Both the position numbers and the translations under genes were made by a program. From positions 11,036,001 through 11,100,000 of the forward strand of contig NC_079167.1 of assembly GCF_947568905.1 (NCBI RefSeq): a stretch of DNA of 64,000 nt, read 5' to 3'. Under the pieces are notes generated by a model. The model was not told the origin of the DNA. It saw only the letters and a program-made list of their open reading frames with translations, and searched no databases. Below are positions 1 through 11,574 of this stretch, one piece after another (position 1 is the stretch's first letter; the number at the start of each line of letters is the position of its first letter). This stretch comes from Ostrea edulis (lineage: Eukaryota).

Positions 1-283
1 GTTATAACGATCTAGTTTGCAAAATACAACCTATCAATGGATCAAATGCTGTCTGACGTGTTTCACACCGATTGTTAGACCGTTCTTGGCACACTGATTT
101 TTACTAAGGGTAACTCCGTTTATCTGATCAGGATATAGGGCTCACGGCGGGTGTAACCGGTCGACGGGGGGTGCTTGCTCCTTCTGGGCATCTTATCCCA
201 CCTCTGGTGTGTTCAGGGGTCCGTGTTTGCCCAACTTTTTTTTTTTGTGGGATTGATCACTGTTCGTAATTTTCACCTTTCAC
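1..283 (+). mobile_element. 3' end of a Penelope-like retroelement (RT C-terminus + 3' UTR), cut by the window edge
   Basis: High similarity to the reverse complement of 26728-27049. Encodes (R)YNDLVC..MLSDVFHTDC* and ends gatcactgttcgtaattttcacctttca. Family assignment is from recalled RT thumb motifs. Confidence 0.55.
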
Positions 284-449
284 ATGGCGACCGCCAGTTA
301 TTCACCTTCCCTTTCTTTCCAAAATGAAAGGTGCGTAACTCCCGTAACCAATTAGTAATATAGATATTATACATTTAAGAGCATTATCGTTTGTTGATCG
401 TGTTGTTACTTTACAAAGTTATATGAATCCGTTCATGATATCAAATGTC

Positions 450-1340
450 GCAGTATTTCCTAACTATCTGATTACATATAGATATTTCTAACTATCTGAT
501 TATGTCACAGTATTCCCTAACTATCTGACTATGTACCGGTATTCCCTAACTATCTGATTATGTCCCGGTATTTCTAACTATCTGATTATGTCACAGTATT
601 TCCTAACTATCTGACTATGTACCGGTATTCCCTAACTATATGATTATGTATCGGTATTTCCTAACTATCTGATTATGTATAAGTATTTCCTAACTATCTG
701 TGTCCCGGTATTTCTTAACTATCTGATTATATATCGGTATTTCCTAACTATCTGACTATGTATCGGTATTCCCTAACTATCTAATTATATATCGGTATTT
801 CCTAACTATCTGATTATGTATCGGTATTTCCTAACTAACTGATTATGTCTCGATATTTCCTAACTATCTGATTATGTATCTGTATTTTCTAACTATCTGA
901 TTATGTATCGGTATTTCCTAACTATCTGATTATGTATCGGTATTTCCTAACTATCTGATTATATATCGGTATTCCCTAACTATCTGATTATGTATCGGTA
1001 TTCCCTAACTATCTGATTATATATCGGTATTTCCTAACTATCTGATTATATATCGGTATTTCCTAACTATCTGATTATGTATCGGTATTTCCTAACTATC
1101 TGATTATATATCGGTATTTCCTAACTATCTAATTATATATCGGTATTTCCTAACTATTTGATTATGTATCGGTATTTTCTAACTATCTGATTATATATCT
1201 GTATTTCCTAACTATCTGACTATGTATCGGTATTTCCTAACTATCTGAATATATATCGGTATTCTCTAACTATCTGATTATGTATCGGTATTTCCTAACT
1301 ATCTGACTATGTCACAGTATTTTCTGTCTGATTGTGTCCC
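450..1340. repeat. 29-bp minisatellite, about 30 copies (atcggtatttcctaactatctgattatgt)
   Basis: Period of 29 read directly (e.g. 901 and 930). Confidence 0.95.
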
Positions 1341-1490
1341 GGTATCTTTTAGATATATAGATAATTAAGAAACGGGAACAAACCATTACACCGTGTAATG
1401 TAAATATGTCATGTTGAAGTTGTGGCTTCGAGCTCCATTCACGACAGACTTGCATCATATAAAAATATAGCGACTATTCCTTCCCTAGAA

Positions 1491-1748
1491 TCTCGTGGGA
1501 ATCCAGGTTAGAATGGGTCCTCAATAGTCAGTACCCCTTGCTTGTCGTAGAAGGCGACTTAATGGGGCGTCCTTTCGGATGAGGCCCCGTGTCACAGCAG
1601 GTGTGGCATGATAAAGATCCCTCCCTGCTCAAAGGCCATAAGCGCCGAGCATAGGCCTAAATTTTGCAGCCCTTCACCGGCAGTGGTGACGTCTCCATAT
1701 GAGTGAAATATTCTCGAGAGGGACATTAAACAATATTCAATCAATCAA
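1491..1748 (+). mobile_element. SINE (family A, no tRNA head) with (CAAT)n tail and 13-bp TSD, inserted in an older SINE
   Basis: TSD tccttccctagaa at 1478-1490 and 1749-1761. Core gtgtcacagcaggtgtggcatgataaagatccctccctgctc is shared with copies at 30223, 40345 and 54957. Confidence 0.85.
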
Positions 1749-2022
1749 TCCTTCCCTAGAAGCGCATAGAGCTAGATTAGGTCCTGTGTCACTGTAAGCG
1801 TTGGACACGATAAAGAACCGTCACTGCTAAGTGACCAAGAGCGCCTAACATACATTGTGTCATGGTGGGGCACTGTTTCCTTTGATTTTAGCCATACTTC
1901 AACTCAAACTAATGTAGGTTAAACATTGTGGCACTTGATCTACAGAGCTAGTAAAATATCAATATTAGTGAGAGATTTTCGGAGGTAAAACACCAAAGAA
2001 ACAAATAGTAAGTAATAGTTAC

Positions 2023-3430
2023 ATGATTTACGACTTAATTAGTAAAATCTGGGAAGAAGAAGATGTACCACAGGAATGGAAAGAAGGATACCTAGTAAAA
2101 CTACCAAAGAATGGTGATCTCAGCATTTGTGATAACTACAGGGGAATAATGCTTCTGTCAGTACCGGGAAAGGTGTTATTTAGAATCATGTTGGAAAGAA
2201 TGAAGAAAGCTGTTGACCAAATACTGCGAGACAACCAGGCAGGATTCCGTCAAAATAGATCGTGTGCGGATCAAATAGCCACACTGCGTATAATTATCGA
2301 GCAATCACTTGAATTTAACTCGGCATTATATATAGTGTTTGTAGACTTCCAGAAAGTCTTCGACAGCCTTGATAGAAATGTACTTTGGAAACTCATGAGA
2401 CACTATGGAATACCTGAAAAGTTCATCACCATCATCAAGAACACATATACAGGTATGAAGAGCAGAATATACATGAAGGTCAGCTCACAGACCCCTTTGA
2501 CATCACGACAGGGGTACGTCAGGGATGCTTGCTGTCACCTTTCCTGTTCCTCCTAGCGGTAGACTGGATAATGAGACAAACTACTAACAACAAAAGAAAT
2601 GGCATTCAGTGGACACTAATGTCACAACTTGACGACTTAGACTTTGCTGATGACATTGCCCTTCTGTCTCATAACCACCAACAGATGGAAGACAAACTAT
2701 CCCGGTTAGAAGAACGAGCAGCTGAGACTGGCCTTATCATCAGTACAAGAAAGATCAAAGTACCCAAGGCAAATACAAACAGCCAGGCCAGTCTCAAAGT
2801 AAAATCAACTCCTCTGGAAGAAGTCGACTCCTTCACATATCTTGGCAGTATCATATACGGCCAGGGAGGCTCTGAACAAGACATCAAAAGCCGACTAGGA
2901 AAAGCAAGAACAGCCTCCAGAATGATGATAACTATCTGGAGAGCAGGCAATATTACTTTGAACACCAAAATCAGGTTATTCAACTCCAATGTCAAGACGA
3001 TCCTATTGTACGGCTGCGAGGCTTGGAAAACCACCAAACACCTCATTAACAAGCTACAAGTCTTTATCAACAAATGCCTTAGACAAATACTGAAGATTAG
3101 ATGGCCTGAAAAGATAACCAAGTGGATGTATGGGAGAAGACCAAACAGCAGCCCATAGAGTCGGAGCTTAAAAAACGGAAATGGAGCTGGATAGGCCACA
3201 CTTTACGAAAGCCAGCTAACTCTATCACCAGACAAGCGTTACAGTGGAACCCTCAGGGAAAAAGGAAAGTAGGAAGGCCAAGAAACACCTGAAGACGAAA
3301 TGTCCATGCAGAAATGGAGTCTGAGGGATATAAGTGGAAAGACCTGGCCAGACTGGCACAAAACAGAACCAGATGGAGGAGTGTTGTTGGTGGCCTATGT
3401 ACCATACCGGTACCACAGGCATAAGTAAGT
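2023..3430 (+). mobile_element. 5'-truncated, frameshifted RTE-clade LINE (reverse transcriptase + C-terminus)
   Basis: ORFs 2023-2556 and 2529-3158: NYRGIMLLS, QAGFRQNRSC, FVDFQKVFDS, LDFADDIALLS, FTYLGS. Continues [21 protein letters not shown]. Short taagtaagt tail. Possible TSD gttacatgatt (2018) / gttatatgatt (3429). Confidence 0.92.
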
Positions 3431-3744
3431 TATATGATTATACAAAATGTCGTTGAGTTATTGCACACGAGGAGGCGGAGCCTCCCGAGTGTGCAATGAG
3501 GAAACGATATTTTGTAATATGAGCTGTCAATCATGTAACTAATTTATCCCATGACATTGTCTATGACCCCTTCTCATAGTTAGAATTGGGGGGGGGGGGG
3601 GGGGGTCCACTAATAAAAAGATTCAATTTGCAACACGTGATTTTTTCAACGTTTTGGAAATTGGGATTTTATTTTATTTTTTTAATATATTCATTTATTT
3701 ATTTGTCTCGTGAAAGAATGTACATTGGAAAAAAATTATGTAAG

Positions 3745-3745
<1 letters not shown>

Positions 3746-3803
<58 letters not shown>
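3746..3803. repeat. (TC)n(TG)n microsatellite
   Basis: Read directly. Confidence 0.95.
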
Positions 3804-3807
<4 letters not shown>

Positions 3808-5609
3808 TATAGCTTCATAAATTCCTTTCCATATAAATCGATGCAATAAAAAGTTCAATAATTCAAATGTTCTCACAGCAATATGTTGCCCAGTCCTTTT
3901 TTGTTTGATGTTGGACTGCTCAGTCAACATCGAGTGAACTTTTGAAATATGTCGTCACACCTCATTTGCGGCAATACCAATATGCGGACCCCTTTAGAGA
4001 GTATTGTAAATGTCAACATCCGTCTCAAACAAGATGGTTCGCGGAATACAGCGATTGCGAAATTGAACAATGAATTCTCTCTGAATGTAAAATGCATATA
4101 TAACATCAGCTACCGTTTTATTATTTGATATGCTTCCGTATACGGCGCCGACCTCCGCCACACCTGTGTGGTATGTGGACGCTGGGGATCTGGCGCCCGG
4201 AGACACGTTCAGTTGGAACAATGTTAGCATTGTCACTACGGAGACCAGGAGCCATTCCATCTGAGCCAGCTTGGACCAAAGTAATTAACTGTATACAATC
4301 CCCAAGTAGTTAGTTATATACAGATCAGGCGGGTAGAATCAGGGTAATGGGGCATACTATCCGCCCTTTTTTTTGGACAACGTTCATATTCCGTTATATT
4401 TACATGTAATTATTTCATACGCAAAGTTAGATATATTGGGCGACTGTCCCCTTTTTTCTGTGGTAGTATTGAATGGCAAGAATGTAAGTTTCAAGTGGTG
4501 CAGTTAACCCATGTAGCGTAACACCCCACCCCCCTCTCACACACACATTTACGATTAGGATTTTGAATTTTGGGCAGACATACTTTGGGTGTCCTTTTTT
4601 CGGTAATTGTAAAGTCCAAGAGTGTGTTGAATCATCCCTACACGAAACAGTTTCACAGACGTGAATTGGAGAAAAATGATATCCTTTGGATTGGTTTGAA
4701 ATACACTATTGTACCAATGTCTACATAGGTAGTAAAGGATCCCTTCTGGATCATTACCATCCCATGGATTTATACTCCCAGCGTGTGATCAATGACGTCA
4801 CACAGTTTCCATTCCAGCAGCTGCCTAGAGTTTGAGGCTAACTATGAGATCGTACATGTATGATAATTCAAGCGTAATTAAAATAAAAATCATTCATGAA
4901 AATAATACTACAAATGATGATGTTGTTGTCAGATTAGTCTCCATCACAGCCGTAATGTGTGTCATTTTCGGAGAGACATGGGAATTGCCGGTATCTTTTT
5001 ACATTTCTCTCATAACGGGGGGCGTGCGCCATCTGGTGAAATAATGCCCTTTTACGATGCAACGACAACTCATTTGCTGATCTGGTAGGGGGTTATGGGG
5101 ATTGCAACCGCATTTGGTTGAACATAGTGAATTTGGAGCCTTCACTTCCCCCTTTTTGGATGGAAAAGGTATAAACTTGGATCGAAAGTTTTACAGTCTG
5201 CTTTTCTTTTCATTTTCTCGTTGAACATTGAAGAAGAATCAAGCCCTAGAAGGAATATTTAAGTAAAATTCATTAGAGTTTTACGACCCCAAGTTGCTGG
5301 ACGTTTCTCGGAATTTGACGAACGATCTACATATGTGAGAAAGGGCAGTGAGAATCGTTATTGAGAAAGTGATTACACGTCGTCGAAAGATAAAGAACTT
5401 TGCACACATTCCGACATGTACAATGAGAGTTACCGATGTGACATCAGTAGGGTAAAAGATGCGTTGACCAAAGAATGCAGTTACAGTTTGTAACATCAAG
5501 AAAACAAAACAACAAGAAACTCGTACAAATTTAAGATTAGCTATATAGTTAGACTTGTTAATTTCGTTAATTGAGCCGTAAATAAATACAATAATGTAGA
5601 GGCAAACAG

Positions 5610-6900
5610 ATGAAGTTGAGGAGGGATAACACTATTAACATCAGCATTATCAAGAGAATAGCAAAGGAAGTTGACAACATCTTCAGAGAAGAACAAGTTG
5701 GATTCAGAGCAGGTAGAAGTATCACTGAACAAATATTCGTACTACGTAACATAGTAGAGCAGTAAATCTTTGCTTCGTAGATTTCGTAGAAAAGCGTTCG
5801 GCAGTGTACTCAACGAAACTAGTACGAATCGTAAAAGCAGTGTACCATGAAAGTGAGTGCCGTCCAAATCGGAAGTGGACTTACATGGTTCCAGGTGAAA
5901 TCGGGATTGAAACAAGGATGTAACATGTCGGGATTCCTCTTTCTCATCATCGTAGACTGGATAAACACACAACATCAGATGGAAGTGTACAAGCAAATTA
6001 GAAGACCTTGGCTTTGCAGATGACATAGCATTCTTATCTAACACCAAAACAACAGATACAAAGTAACTGGAGTAAGGTGGACAAAGTCAACAAAGCAGCA
6101 AGAAGCACTGGCCTAAGAATTAACAACAACAAAACACAAGTCATGCGAATTAACCAAGCGTCGACTGACTCCATGATAACAGACGTTGAAGAGGTAGACA
6201 GTTTTGTCTACCTAGAAGCAACAATCTGTAAAAGTGGAGGTGCTGAAGAAGACATGAAAAGGAGAATAGGACTGGTGAAGATAGCATTCAACAAACTAAG
6301 GAAGACATGGAAAGGTGAATAGGACTGGTGAAGATAGCATTCAACAAACGAAGGAAGACATGGAAAGGAGAATAGGACTGGTGAAGGTAACATTCAACAA
6401 ACTAAGGAAGATATGGAAGGTCATTTTGGAAGAAATTTTAAATATTAAAATCTTTAGGTCCAACCGTCCAAAGTAATATCAGTCCTCTTATAAAGATCAG
6501 AAACATGGAAAGTCACGAACAGAGATGAGAAAAGACTTGATGTATTCCTCCACACATGTTAAAGAAGTTTTAAGGTCTTTTGGCCAAACAAGATAAGCAA
6601 CATCAATTTGCAAGAAAGAGCTGGAATTAAGGAAATCAGCACTCTAGTTTGATAGAAAATGTGAATTTGGATTGGCCATGTTCTGCGGGAGACAACAAAC
6701 ATAACAACAAAATACCTTAACATAGACTTCGGAGGGAAAGAGGGGAAGGCCGCAAGAAAGGTGGAGAAGGACTGTTGAAAGAGAGAGTACAAATTGGGCT
6801 CGTTAGTTGGAACGAAACTGCGAGAGCAGCCAAGAGAGAAGCTATTGGAGGATGCATGTTTGAGGCCCTATTCTCTAGGAGGAGAGAAGAAATTAAGCCA
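5610..6900 (+). mobile_element. Degenerate RTE-clade LINE RT fragment with an internal 53-bp triplication
   Basis: Broken frames read EEQVGFRAGRSITEQIFVLRNIVEQ, KQGCNMSGFLFLIIVDWI, GFADDIAFLS, FVYLEATI, WIGHVLR. Three 53-bp units at about 6252-6420. Confidence 0.85.
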
Positions 6901-8052
6901 AACAGATGAAGTATCCATTATTTCACAGAGAATTATAAATAATTATGCAAAGAGCACCTTTTAACAATCGGAATTGTAGAAAGCTGACGTTAAAGAAGAT
7001 CTTTGGAAAGTCGAGACCATTTCTCGAAAAACTAGAGGAATAGGAAGAAACAAAGGCCATTTCATAAAATGGCTTCAATACTGAAAGAAATGTAACTTTT
7101 ATGATACAGCTTCTTTCATATCTGATGTGCAAATAGAATGGTGAACTACCCTGGAAAAGATAAATTCAAGATACTATTTTCCTGAAAAAGCGACCGTAGT
7201 TATGATGGATGGTAGATGACTTTTTATAAAGATTTCTATTGTTATACATTATACATGTAGCCTAGGATACAAGACTTGGGATGGCTATTTGACCCAAAGT
7301 GCATTAATTCAACAAGGATGGTGAAAAATACACTATTCTATTAATCTTTGTTTCTATCAATCCTTGAGTTTGAACAAAATAGTACGTTCAAGCAATGGTA
7401 CATGTATTACAGGACGATCATCCATAGCAACTATTTTACTCAAAACTCATCTGGTATTTTATTTTCTGTATGATTCTTTTAGAATTGCAGTAAACATCTT
7501 GTCAGACCTGATAACTCATTATTTTTAAAATTTTCAGATTCCACACCATTTTTCATCAATTTAGACTTTTCCATTTATCAACCAGCTGTGGGCTATAGCC
7601 TTATGAAGATTTCCGTGCAAGACAATGATTACTATGACAACCATCTAGATACACTTTCTGTTACCATGGCAACCTCTGCTACTCTAGTCTATGATTCTGC
7701 TTCACGTAAATATATGAATTTAGAAGACAGAAACCAATGATAGAATACATTCATATTAAGTTTATATTGCTCATCGTTTCGCATGTGTTTAAATGTTTGT
7801 AGGCGTGGTTAGCGTGAAATCGAGGCTAAGCTCTTCTCAAACGGCATTGTTTACAGTTTCTGATATATGTGGGAACAGCGAGTCAGCAACTTTAACCGTC
7901 ACATCTTCAAACCAGGTGTGAAAGAATTACTGCAAGATATAGCACAGAAATGTCAATATGTATCCAAAACTTCTCACATCTCATCGCAATCTCTTTTCTT
8001 CAAGTTGTTGTTGTTGAACACGTGGCTTAGTAAAAGGTTTATGATCATATTG

Positions 8053-8087
<35 letters not shown>

Positions 8088-9432
8088 CTTAACAGACTCC
8101 CACCTTTACTAGTTTACCAACATTTCTTGAAATCAGTGAGGGAACTTCATACATTGCAGATCATCTACTTCATAGCATAATTGTAACTGACCCTGGATCA
8201 TATGATTCAGTCACGTGCGAAACCAACGTTACAAAACCAGGACCAATAGAGGTCAATAATGAAACCACACATGTATTTGAAACAAGACTGAAAGATGGTA
8301 GTATACTGACTCCACAGCTTAAGTAACTAAGACTTAAGCAATTTTGTTAATAAGCGATTTATAATGAAGGCGATTTATAATGAAGGCAATTGTTTTATAT
8401 GTTGTAGTGCTATGGATGTGCACCATGGGAATTGTATTGGTTTTTGATATACCACTTTGACAGACAATTTCAAAGTTTTCCATACAGTTTGTTTGCATTA
8501 TATATGGAATTAACAGAGTCATGTGCCCATTTTGTAGTAATGCAGAATGTTATTTCGCATGTACAAGGGCAAAATTACAAATAAAATTGTGATATTTGAG
8601 CACTTTGGGGAGAAAAATCAAAATCTTTTATATACAAGCACTCTTTTCATTAATGAATCACGTACCATCTGCATGATTTTTGCGTGGCCGACTATTTATT
8701 AGTTTTCTTATAGCAGCTCAAACTTCGTCTGAAAAGGTCAATCCGCTTGTATATCTTTTTGAGTTTCACTTAACTGAGGTAATTTTCTTTCTAGATTATG
8801 GGATTTACCTCGTTAATAGCAGCGCTTTGGTATACACCTCCAACACCAGGAAGTATGACGTCACAGTACACTGCACATACGGATATACCGTGATAGAGAG
8901 CGTGTTTACTTTGTACATCAGACGGAATAATCCTCCTAACTTTACAAATCTTCCAAGTAAGCCAAAAACCTGAATTAATAATATGGAAAAATTTATGATT
9001 TTTCTTAAAAATCTGAAAACATGTAGACACTGTTTTCGCTTTTTTTGCAGGCAACATCAGCCTTGATGTCACTGCGCATGTGTCTGGTTCTCATATCTTT
9101 ACGGCTTCAGCCGTGGATACCGACACTTCTTCGTTGACTTGTAGCATTTCGTGTGACGGTTCCTGTCCCTTCCGGATAAATGGGAATACAATGTAGTAAG
9201 TTAAAGTTTAATACATGAAGAATCAGAATATCAGTTTTTGAATCACATTTCCAACAATAATTTTGCGTTTGCAATTTTAGATGGAAAGGTGAAAACAACG
9301 TCTTCTTTGTCATCTATTTCGCCCCAGACTGGCGGGTACACTATCCAAATATACGTATCAGATGGAAGAACGAATGTTGGTCCCAGAACACTAAGTGTCG
9401 GACTTTTCAGTGAGTAGTGCATAACCACCACC

Positions 9433-11574
9433 AACAAGCATTGTGAGAGTATTGCATGGCAATACATAGTCCCCTACCGGTCGCAAAAATTACTGGACCG
9501 CAACAATATTCTAAGTTCGTTATGTAGGTTATGGTAAAGAACAAATTGGGGAACCAGGATAGAAATCGTTGGAAATCAATTACTATTCAGGTACAAAGAC
9601 TAGACCATGAAAAAAGACAAATTTATAATTAGGTTTAGGTCTTTAACCAAGTCAATGAATTGTGAAATGTAGGTGATCATGAATAATTTAGCTACATTGT
9701 TGTATTACTATTCCAGGAGTTTTAATGAGTTTAGTACTCTTATCTACATAAATAAGAACTTTAAGCTCAGGTGTGGATGTGACTCTACTAGTTTTTATCA
9801 ACTTTGTAGAAGCAAACTGAAAATGTACCAATTATCAAGCACAACCAACCAAAAAAAAAAAAAAAAAATGTCCGAAAAACTGATAATTCACACTATTCCA
9901 AGGGCGAAAATCGCAGCGAAAAATCACAAAATTCAAACTTGATCTGTAACTTGTTATGGCAAAGCAATGAATCAAATATCAATTCTAAAGGACATAACGT
10001 AGGACCGAGACGAAATTATGGCAAAGCAATGCACAAAATATCAAATGACTATCAGTAAGCAAAAAAAAAAAAAAAAAAAAAAAAAGAAGTGCGGAAAACT
10101 GATAATTCATGTTATTTTTCGAAGTCCAAGGGCTATACTTTAGTGTAAAATCAACCAATCAAAACCAAATTCAAACTTGATCTGTAACTTGTTATGGCAA
10201 AGAAATGTACGAAATATTAAATGAGTCTCTGCAAAAATAGAGAAAAAAAAAGTGGAAAACTGATCATTCATGCGATTTTTCTAAGTCCGAGGGCCATAAC
10301 TTAATGAAAAATCAACGGACCAAAACCAAATTCAAACTTGATCTGTATCTTGTTATGGCAAAGCATATGGAGTGCCAAATTAACATAAACTCAGATAATT
10401 GAAGATATCTTCAATTATTTGAAGATTTCATCAATTCATTTGATACGCGCAACAATTTAATTAAAGATCTCCCCAAATAATTAATGATATATTCAATTCT
10501 GAATTATTACGCGCATTAATTAAATTGATGATAACATTGATTCTTCAGCTGAATTGATGCGCGCTTTAATCGAATTAATGATCTCTTCAAATGAATTAAT
10601 GATTTCAACAATTAAATTGATGTGCGATACAAAGCAACAATTGATGTAATGCGTACATTCAGTCAATTGATGAAAGCAATAATTGAATTGATGCGCGCAT
10701 TAATTCATTTGACGAGAGCAATAATTGATTTAATGCGTGCATGAATTCAATTATTGCTCTCTTCAATCGAATTAATATTTCTAATTCATTTGAAGAGAGC
10801 AATGATTCGTTTAAAGAGAGCAACTATATAATTAAAAGATATCATCAATTCAATTTATCCACAATTGAATTAATTATCTCTTTAATTGAATTGTTGCTCT
10901 ATATAAAAGAATTGATGTGCGCATTAATTCTTTATACAAAAGCATTGTAAATAATTAAAGATATCTTCAATTGAATTAAAGAGATCATGAAATTATTCAT
11001 ACCGAGCTCTAAATTAATCATTGCGAGCAATATTTTCTACGAAATTGATGCTCTCATCAATTGAATTGAAGAGAGCAATAATTGAATTAATGCGCGCATT
11101 AAATCAATTATTGATCTTATTAATTCAATTGAAGCACACATTAATTCATTTGATGAGAGCAATAATTAATTTAAAGCGCGCATTAATTCAATTAAAGGGA
11201 GCAATAATTGAATTGATGATATCTTCAAATAATGAAAGATATCTTCAATTATTTGAGTTTATGTTAATTTGACACTCCATAAAAGCAATGTACCAAATAG
11301 CAAATGAATATTTGCAAGGACATCAAAACAGAAGTCGGAAACCTGACAATTCATGCTATTTTTCTAAATCCAAGGGCCATAAATTAGTGAAAAATTAATG
11401 GAACAAAACCAAATTCGAACTTGATCTGTAACTTGTTATGGCGAAACAATGTACTAAATATGAAATAAATATCTACAAGAACAGAGAAAAAAGTGGGGAA
11501 AACTGATTTGCAGGACTGACGGACGGAGCACAAACCTAAAGTCCTCTTCGACTTCGTCGGTAGGGAACTAATAA
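9433..11574 (+). mobile_element. Helentron-associated non-autonomous element (HINE-like) with internal satellite-like repeats, interrupted by a MITE
   Basis: 5' aacaag.. with subterminal agtcccctaccgg (9468-9480) complementary to cggtagggaact near 11558-11569. 3' hairpin and gacggacgga microsatellite. Repeated aaaccaaattcaaacttgatctgtaacttgttatggc units. Confidence 0.7.
10366..11281. mobile_element. IS3EU-like non-autonomous DNA transposon (TATGG...CCATA termini, 6-bp TSD)
   Basis: TIR tatggagtgccaaattaacataaactc / gagtttatgttaatttgacactccata. TSD aaagca at 10360-10365 and 11282-11287. Interior is made of 21-bp repeats in both orientations. Confidence 0.75.

Noticed and set aside
2669-3422. 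Minus-strand ORFs 2669-3199 and 3225-3422 (also 5742-6047, 59621-59884)
   Set aside because: Antisense shadows of LINE reverse transcriptase frames.
3994-4260. Minus-strand ORF starting with a signal-peptide-like MEWLLVSVVTMLTLF
   Set aside because: No supporting downstream exons found. It overlaps antisense to the probable decayed plus-strand exon and is likely a chance frame.
10741-11272. Heptad / leucine-zipper-like ORFs (also 27810-28025)
   Set aside because: Produced by the 21-bp internal repeats of the IS3EU-like MITE.
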